Shown piece after piece: positions 58,951-64,000 of a stretch of 64,000 nucleotides of DNA; within the stretch, counting starts at the first letter, position 1; each line of letters begins with the position of its first letter. Source of the DNA: Candidatus Lustribacter sp. (GTDB taxonomy: Bacteria; Vulcanimicrobiota; Vulcanimicrobiia; Vulcanimicrobiales; Vulcanimicrobiaceae); contig OZ255842.1 of assembly GCA_965277805.1 (NCBI GenBank), forward strand, positions 2,688,001-2,752,000, read 5' to 3'. Under the pieces are notes generated by a model, which did no database searches, was not told where the DNA came from, and saw only the letters and a program-made list of their open reading frames with translations. The position numbers were made by a program, and so were the translations under genes.

Positions 58951-60408
58951 TTGGCTGTCGTGGCCTATGCCGGAGTACCGGTTCATGCGCTCCGTCTGGC
59001 GGCCTGTTTGGTGGCCGTTGGCCTCGTCATGTCCGGGTGCGCGGGTAGCGGAAGCAGCACGAAGCAAACCCCCGCCGTTGTCGTGCCGACCGCCGGCGCC
59101 GCGCCGCAAGCAAAGCTCGGCCAAGCCTCGATCACGATCACGGTTCCACAAGCAGCGACGGGTGCGGCGGCGGCGCGCCGGCCGGCCTTCATTTCGGCGA
59201 GCGCGCAATCGCTTTCGATCTCGAGCTACGCGGTGTCCGGCGGCGTACCATACGGACCGGCACTCGCGACGAGCAATCAGAACCTCGTTTCGACCGCACC
59301 CGGCTGCACCGGCAGCGGTCCGCTCCAGTGCACGGTCACGGTCGCCGCACCGATCGGTCAAGCCGGCTTCAGCGTCACGATCTACCAAGGCCTCAATCAG
59401 ACGGGCGCGACGCTGTCGTCGTTGCCGCAGTCGCCGGCGACGGTGTTCACCATCGCCGAGGGACAAACGAACGTCGTTCTGCCGCTGATCCTCAACGGCG
59501 TCCCGGCGTCGGTCGTCGTTGCACCGCAAGTCACCAGCGTGAACGGCGGCGTTTCCACGACCATTCCGGTTTCGGTCGTCGTGGAGGATGCCGGCGGAAA
59601 TATTATCGTAGGGCCGGGCGCCTACGCGAATCCGATCACGTTGACGAACACCGACGGTTCCGGCACGACGACACTCTCGACCACCACGCTCACCGCTCCC
59701 GGTCAAATCGTGACGCTGACCTACAACGGCGGCTACTTCGCATCGCCGCTGACCCTGAGCGCAACGGTGAGCGGCGCGACGGTTACGCCGGCCTCCATCA
59801 CAGAGATTCCGGGGGCGCTCGTCGTCGGGTGCTCGAGCGGCTGCGGCGCCGCGAACGGCAGCACACCCAATCCGGTTGCGATCAGCGAGGGCGGCTACGG
59901 CAGCGGCACGTTCACGCTCAGCGGCGGCGGCACGTCGTGTAACTTCGATCCGGCGACGAGCATTACCGCGAGCAACGGCAGCGCCAGCGTAAACGTCTAC
60001 GGCGATCCCGCGGGCGGCACGTGTACGCTCTCCGTCACCGATTCGCACGCGCAAAATCTCACGGCGACGCTATCGTATCCGAGCGCCGGAACGCCGACGG
60101 TCGTTTCCTCCTGTAGCGGCTCGCTGCCCAAGCCCGCCGATCCGTTCGGCGGCACGCTCTATGTTGAGAGTTGCTCCACCGGCGTGCAGTACGGCAGCTA
60201 CCTTGCGGTCCCGCTGGATTCGACCAACAATCCGCCCAGCTCGTTCGTCATCGCGATCTACGCCAACGTGAATCAACCGCCGGTGTATTCGTTCGTGAAC
60301 AACACCAATCGCTATGAAACCGGAGCGTCGATCTCGGCGCCGAACGTCGTTTGGGCCGGTCAGTACGGCAACACGTTCGTCAACTTCTCCCAGCTGATCC
60401 CGCCGTAG
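58951..60408 (+). CDS. Secreted T/S/G/V-rich lipoprotein, probable Ig-like beta domains
   Basis: Lipobox-like LVMSGC; beta-rich composition; paired Cys residues; start uncertain. Confidence 0.75.
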   Translation: MAVVAYAGVPVHALRLAACLVAVGLVMSGCAGSGSSTKQTPAVVVPTAGAAPQAKLGQASITITVPQAATGAAAARRPAFISASAQSLSISSYAVSGGVPYGPALATSNQNLVSTAPGCTGSGPLQCTVTVAAPIGQAGFSVTIYQGLNQTGATLSSLPQSPATVFTIAEGQTNVVLPLILNGVPASVVVAPQVTSVNGGVSTTIPVSVVVEDAGGNIIVGPGAYANPITLTNTDGSGTTTLSTTTLTAPGQIVTLTYNGGYFASPLTLSATVSGATVTPASITEIPGALVVGCSSGCGAANGSTPNPVAISEGGYGSGTFTLSGGGTSCNFDPATSITASNGSASVNVYGDPAGGTCTLSVTDSHAQNLTATLSYPSAGTPTVVSSCSGSLPKPADPFGGTLYVESCSTGVQYGSYLAVPLDSTNNPPSSFVIAIYANVNQPPVYSFVNNTNRYETGASISAPNVVWAGQYGNTFVNFSQLIPP

Positions 60409-60425
60409 GATCAGCCGGGGATCGT

Positions 60426-60962
60426 TCAGGCCGGTAAACTTCGCGCGCGGAACGCGAGCGCGATCATCGTTGCGCCGATGACGAAACCGTAGATCGCGAT
60501 CATCAGCACGATGTAGACGAGGCCCGTCGCCGGCGCGAAGAGCACGATGAATCCGAAGATCACCGAGACGACGCCGTAAAGTATGTAGAGCCATTCACCG
60601 GGGACGTGCGCGCGCACGCGAAACGCCGTTACGATCGCCAGCACGCCGGTGATGATGGCCCAATAGCCCACCAGGTATGCGAGCGTCAGCGCGCTGAGTC
60701 CGGGCCATGCGAAGATGGCAAGGCCGACCACGACGCCCAAGATGCCCTCGAGCAGCAATACCCACCAGTGCGCGTCGGAGCGCATGATGCTGAATGATTT
60801 CCAGATCGCAACGACGCCGTCGACGATAAGATAGGCGCCGATCAGCAAGACCGCGACGGCCAGCGTCGCGCCCGGAAAGATCAGCGCCAACACGCCCAAC
60901 GCAAGTCCGAACAATCCGCGGATGAGAAAAAGCCACCAATAGCTGCGAAGTTGGCTAACCAT
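60426..60962 (-). CDS. HdeD/DUF308-family membrane protein
   Basis: WWLFLIRG start and six TM helices; GGAGGG RBS before ATG 60962. Confidence 0.88.
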   Translation of the reverse strand: MVSQLRSYWWLFLIRGLFGLALGVLALIFPGATLAVAVLLIGAYLIVDGVVAIWKSFSIMRSDAHWWVLLLEGILGVVVGLAIFAWPGLSALTLAYLVGYWAIITGVLAIVTAFRVRAHVPGEWLYILYGVVSVIFGFIVLFAPATGLVYIVLMIAIYGFVIGATMIALAFRARSLPA

Positions 60963-61002
60963 GTAAAAGCCCTCCAAGCTCGAGCAGATGGCCGAGCCTT
61001 TG

Positions 61003-62454
61003 CTACATACCCGGCAAAACCCGCCGCGAAGCCGGCAGCGCGTCGTCCAGCTGCGTCACGTAAAACGTCGCTTCCGGCTCGCCCGCAAAGCGATAATCGA
61101 GCCGGCGGGCCGTGCCCACGTGAGCGTACGCTGTATATAGATATGTGGGAATGTCGAACGGCGCGCCCGTATTCGTTGCGGGCAGCACGAGCTCGGCATG
61201 TTGCGGGACGGCGGCCGGACGATACCAGCGCATCCACTGCGCGAGTTGTCCCCGCTGAACGACGATGTACGATGGGATCCCATACCAGAGCAGCTCGGAC
61301 GAGGTCTCGTAGCGATCGGTATAGATCGTCACACCACGTGCCGCATCGGCGCGCAGATCATCCGCCAGCGGACGAAACGCATACATGCCCGACGCGAACT
61401 GCCGCCGCAGCGACGGCGCGGCATGGAAGGCCGCTGCCTGCGCCCGCTCGGGCAGCGCCAGAAAGATCGCCGGGACGGTCGCCACGGCCGTGCCGATGCC
61501 GAGCATCGTCAACGCGATGCTCCGGCAGAGCACGCTCGTTCGAGCGAGGACCGCACCGCAACCGATCGCCAGGGACGCTGCCGGACCGAGGATCCAATAC
61601 GTTTCGGTTTGCGTTGCGACCGAGAGCGCGAACAGAATGATCGGCAGCGGCAGCGCGGTCCACGCAACGAGCGGCAGCGCCGGAGCGCGCCGCAAGGCGA
61701 CGAACCACGTCAACCCGACGATCAGCAGCCCGTAGAGCAGCGTGCGCAAAGTGATGACGTTGAACAACATCGCGAGGCCGAACGTCATCGATTGACGGTG
61801 CACGAATTCAAACGCAAACGTCTCCCACCCGACCGACGCGTTCCACACCAGAAACGGAATGTACGCGACGACTGCGATCGCGCATGCGACGGCAACGGGC
61901 CGCAGCAGATCGCGCCGCGTCACGATCGCCCACGCGGCGATGCCGAATACGAGCGCCCAGCCGAACGTGCGCGAATAGACGCACGCCGCGAGCGCGGCAC
62001 CCAGGCCGAGCACGGCTTGCGGCGAGGCTCGCCGGCCGACTGCGGCTGCAGCCCACAGCGCGAACGCCCACGACGTGATGTACGCGCCGTCCGGAATGCA
62101 CTCCGCGAACTCGAGTTTCGTTTGCGGGATCAGCGCGAAGACGATCGCCGCGTAGGCGCCCGCACGCGAACTGCCGGTGAGGATCTTCGCTGCCATCCCG
62201 GCGGCGAGCGCCGCCAGTGCCTCGGCGATGATGAACGGCAAACGCACGGCGCCATAGCTATGGCCGAAGAGCGCGCCCAGAGCGATCAGCCACGCAACCA
62301 TCGGCGGATGGTCGGTATAGCCGAACGACGGATGAAGGCTCCAAGTCCAGTAATAGGCTTCGTCCAGGGTCAAGGGAAAGTTGAACGCGGCATAGGCGCG
62401 AAGGAGAGACAAGATGGCAACCAGCACCACCGCTCCCAAAACCGGTCGGGACAT
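61003..62454 (-). CDS. GT-C glycosyltransferase (ArnT/GT39-like)
   Basis: DEAYYW, DHPP and PD motifs; multiple TM helices. Confidence 0.85.
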   Translation of the reverse strand: MSRPVLGAVVLVAILSLLRAYAAFNFPLTLDEAYYWTWSLHPSFGYTDHPPMVAWLIALGALFGHSYGAVRLPFIIAEALAALAAGMAAKILTGSSRAGAYAAIVFALIPQTKLEFAECIPDGAYITSWAFALWAAAAVGRRASPQAVLGLGAALAACVYSRTFGWALVFGIAAWAIVTRRDLLRPVAVACAIAVVAYIPFLVWNASVGWETFAFEFVHRQSMTFGLAMLFNVITLRTLLYGLLIVGLTWFVALRRAPALPLVAWTALPLPIILFALSVATQTETYWILGPAASLAIGCGAVLARTSVLCRSIALTMLGIGTAVATVPAIFLALPERAQAAAFHAAPSLRRQFASGMYAFRPLADDLRADAARGVTIYTDRYETSSELLWYGIPSYIVVQRGQLAQWMRWYRPAAVPQHAELVLPATNTGAPFDIPTYLYTAYAHVGTARRLDYRFAGEPEATFYVTQLDDALPASRRVLPGM

Positions 62455-62719
62455 CAGCAAGCGCGTTCTGCTCGCGCTCTTGGTCGCCTTCGCTATCGTG
62501 CCGGCGGCCGCGCCCGCGCTCGCGCAAACGGCACCAACCCCGGTTCCGATTCCGGTGCAGCCCGCACCGAGCGCGATGGGCTACTACATGATGCAGGGCA
62601 ATCGCATCGTGGGCGGCCCGTATAGCAGCGGCCCGGCGTGCATGAAGGCCGTCGCTGAATTGATGAAATCACTGCCCGCCAACATCGCGCCGATCGTCTG
62701 CGCGCACCGCAAGCCCTAG
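62414..62719 (+). CDS. Small secreted hypothetical protein
   Basis: AAGGAG RBS, signal peptide ending ALA, Pro-rich linker, two Cys; 5' end overlaps the divergent GT gene so start is uncertain. Confidence 0.6.
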   Translation: MATSTTAPKTGRDISKRVLLALLVAFAIVPAAAPALAQTAPTPVPIPVQPAPSAMGYYMMQGNRIVGGPYSSGPACMKAVAELMKSLPANIAPIVCAHRKP

Positions 62720-62726
62720 GAGACCT

Positions 62727-63701
62727 ATGCGTCAACGAACGTTTTTCGCGCGGCTGCTTATCGTGGCCGCTGCGCTTGTATGTAACGGCGTCTCCGTTCA
62801 AGGCGCCGACGTCCCGGGACTCACGACGATCCGCATCGTCGACGCCGGACAAGACGTGGACGCGGAAGCGTTTTACGCGCAAGACCTCGGCATCTTCAAG
62901 AAGTACGGCATCAACGCCGAGATCACGCTCTTGCGCAAGGGCGGCGGCGCGGCGGCCGTGGCTGCGGTTGCCGGCGGCTCCGCCGACATCGGCGAAGGCG
63001 ACCTCGTGTCGGCTGCCAACGCGCATCAGCGCGGCATTCCGATCGTGCTGCTCGCACCGTCGGGCATCTTCCGCGCATCGGCGCCGACGACCGAAGTGAT
63101 CGTCGCCAAAGATTCGCCGATCAAGTCGGGCAAGGATCTCGAGGGCAAGTCGATTGCGCTGATCTCACCCGAAGGTCCATCGCGCATCGCCACCAACCTG
63201 TGGCTCGAGAACGCCGGCGCCGCGCTCGACAAGGTCTCGTTCATCGAGCTGCCGGCCGTCGACATGGCCGCCGCCGTCGACCGCGGCACCGTTGCCGCGG
63301 CCGTCATCAACGAGCCGAGCCTCGTTGCATCGCAGAGCTGCTGCCGCGTGCTCGGAAACAATTTCCAGAGCGTCGGCAACACGTGGCAACTGAACGTGTG
63401 GTATTCGTCGGCTGATTGGCTCGCGAAGAACGCAGCCTTGGCGCGGAAGTTCGCGCAGGCGATGCGCGAAGCCGCGGTATGGGCGAACAATCCGGCCAAT
63501 CACGCGAAGTCGGGCGAGATCCTCAACAAGTACACGCCGTTCCCGCCCGAGCTGCTACCGAAGATGAATCGCGCCACGTACGGCGAGACGCTCGATCCGA
63601 AAACGATGCAGCCGATCCTCGACGCCGCGCTCAAGTACAAGGCGCTGCAGACGGCGGTTCAGCCGCAGTCGCTGATCAGTTCGGCCGCGCTAACGCCTTA
63701 A
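62727..63701 (+). CDS. SsuA/THI5-like solute-binding protein
   Basis: GIFKKYGI and DSPIKSGKDLEGK; close paralog of 53283..54245 (shared AVWANNPxNHA and KYTPF). Confidence 0.9.
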   Translation: MRQRTFFARLLIVAAALVCNGVSVQGADVPGLTTIRIVDAGQDVDAEAFYAQDLGIFKKYGINAEITLLRKGGGAAAVAAVAGGSADIGEGDLVSAANAHQRGIPIVLLAPSGIFRASAPTTEVIVAKDSPIKSGKDLEGKSIALISPEGPSRIATNLWLENAGAALDKVSFIELPAVDMAAAVDRGTVAAAVINEPSLVASQSCCRVLGNNFQSVGNTWQLNVWYSSADWLAKNAALARKFAQAMREAAVWANNPANHAKSGEILNKYTPFPPELLPKMNRATYGETLDPKTMQPILDAALKYKALQTAVQPQSLISSAALTP

Positions 63702-64000
63702 CGCGGGCAACGCGCGCGCGGCGGGTGACGGCGACGGTGTCGGTCGCACGAGCAAACGCGCTGCGTCGTTGAGATTGAGATTGCCGGGTTGCGTGGTGGT
63801 GTTGGTGTTACCGGAAGTGGAATTCGAATTGGACTGCGGCTGCGGAGAGCCCGGGCCCGAAACGACGCCGATCGCCGTCCCGATGCCGGCCGCGGCTGCA
63901 CCGACCGCGGCCGCGGTGCCGGTGCTCATGCCGGCGATCGTTCCGGTTGAAGCCGGCAGTCCGGCAGCGACCGCCGTCGCGTCCGCGCTCGTCGGTACGC
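63690..64000 (-). CDS. C-terminal low-complexity end of a gene entering from beyond the window
   Basis: Open frame from window end, A/G/T-rich then N/S/T/P-rich, stop at 63690. Confidence 0.5.
   Translation of the reverse strand, partial: VPTSADATAVAAGLPASTGTIAGMSTGTAAAVGAAAAGIGTAIGVVSGPGSPQPQSNSNSTSGNTNTTTQPGNLNLNDAARLLVRPTPSPSPAARALPALRR

Overview
GC-rich bacterial chromosome segment; protein styles suggest Candidatus Eremiobacterota/Vulcanimicrobiota (inference, not verified). 1-18.4 kb is core genome: partial cheR, a poly-HAMP hybrid histidine kinase divergent from a GAF-PP2C-HATPase gene with a sigmaB-like promoter, hrcA-dnaJ-rsmE with a CIRCE element, acs, and an mntR-rhomboid-dinG-Zn ribbon-S1/P1 nuclease run. 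Initiator tRNA-fMet at 18418-18494 is followed by a more AT-rich accessory region (about 18.5-30.8 kb): a scrambled integrase remnant, an XRE-NTPase-TPR regulator, a 7-blade lectin-like propeller, lrgAB, a second copy of the tRNA terminator at 27.0 kb, and an unannotated two-gene operon of secreted proteins facing a LuxR/HD-GYP pair. 30.8-54 kb is a catabolic and scavenging mosaic: Co-type nitrile hydratase, TauD, LLM and Rieske oxygenases, a divergent LeuCD-like pair fused to tctCAB, two apparent pseudo-enzymes and many orphan solute-binding proteins. The end holds cobB, a MocR regulator and an APC permease separated by a structured leader with a uORF, and envelope genes. Best novelty candidates: the secreted operon (27.3-30.3 kb), the uORF/hairpin leader (56.5 kb) and the LeuCD-like/TTT module. 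No CRISPR array or rRNA seen.
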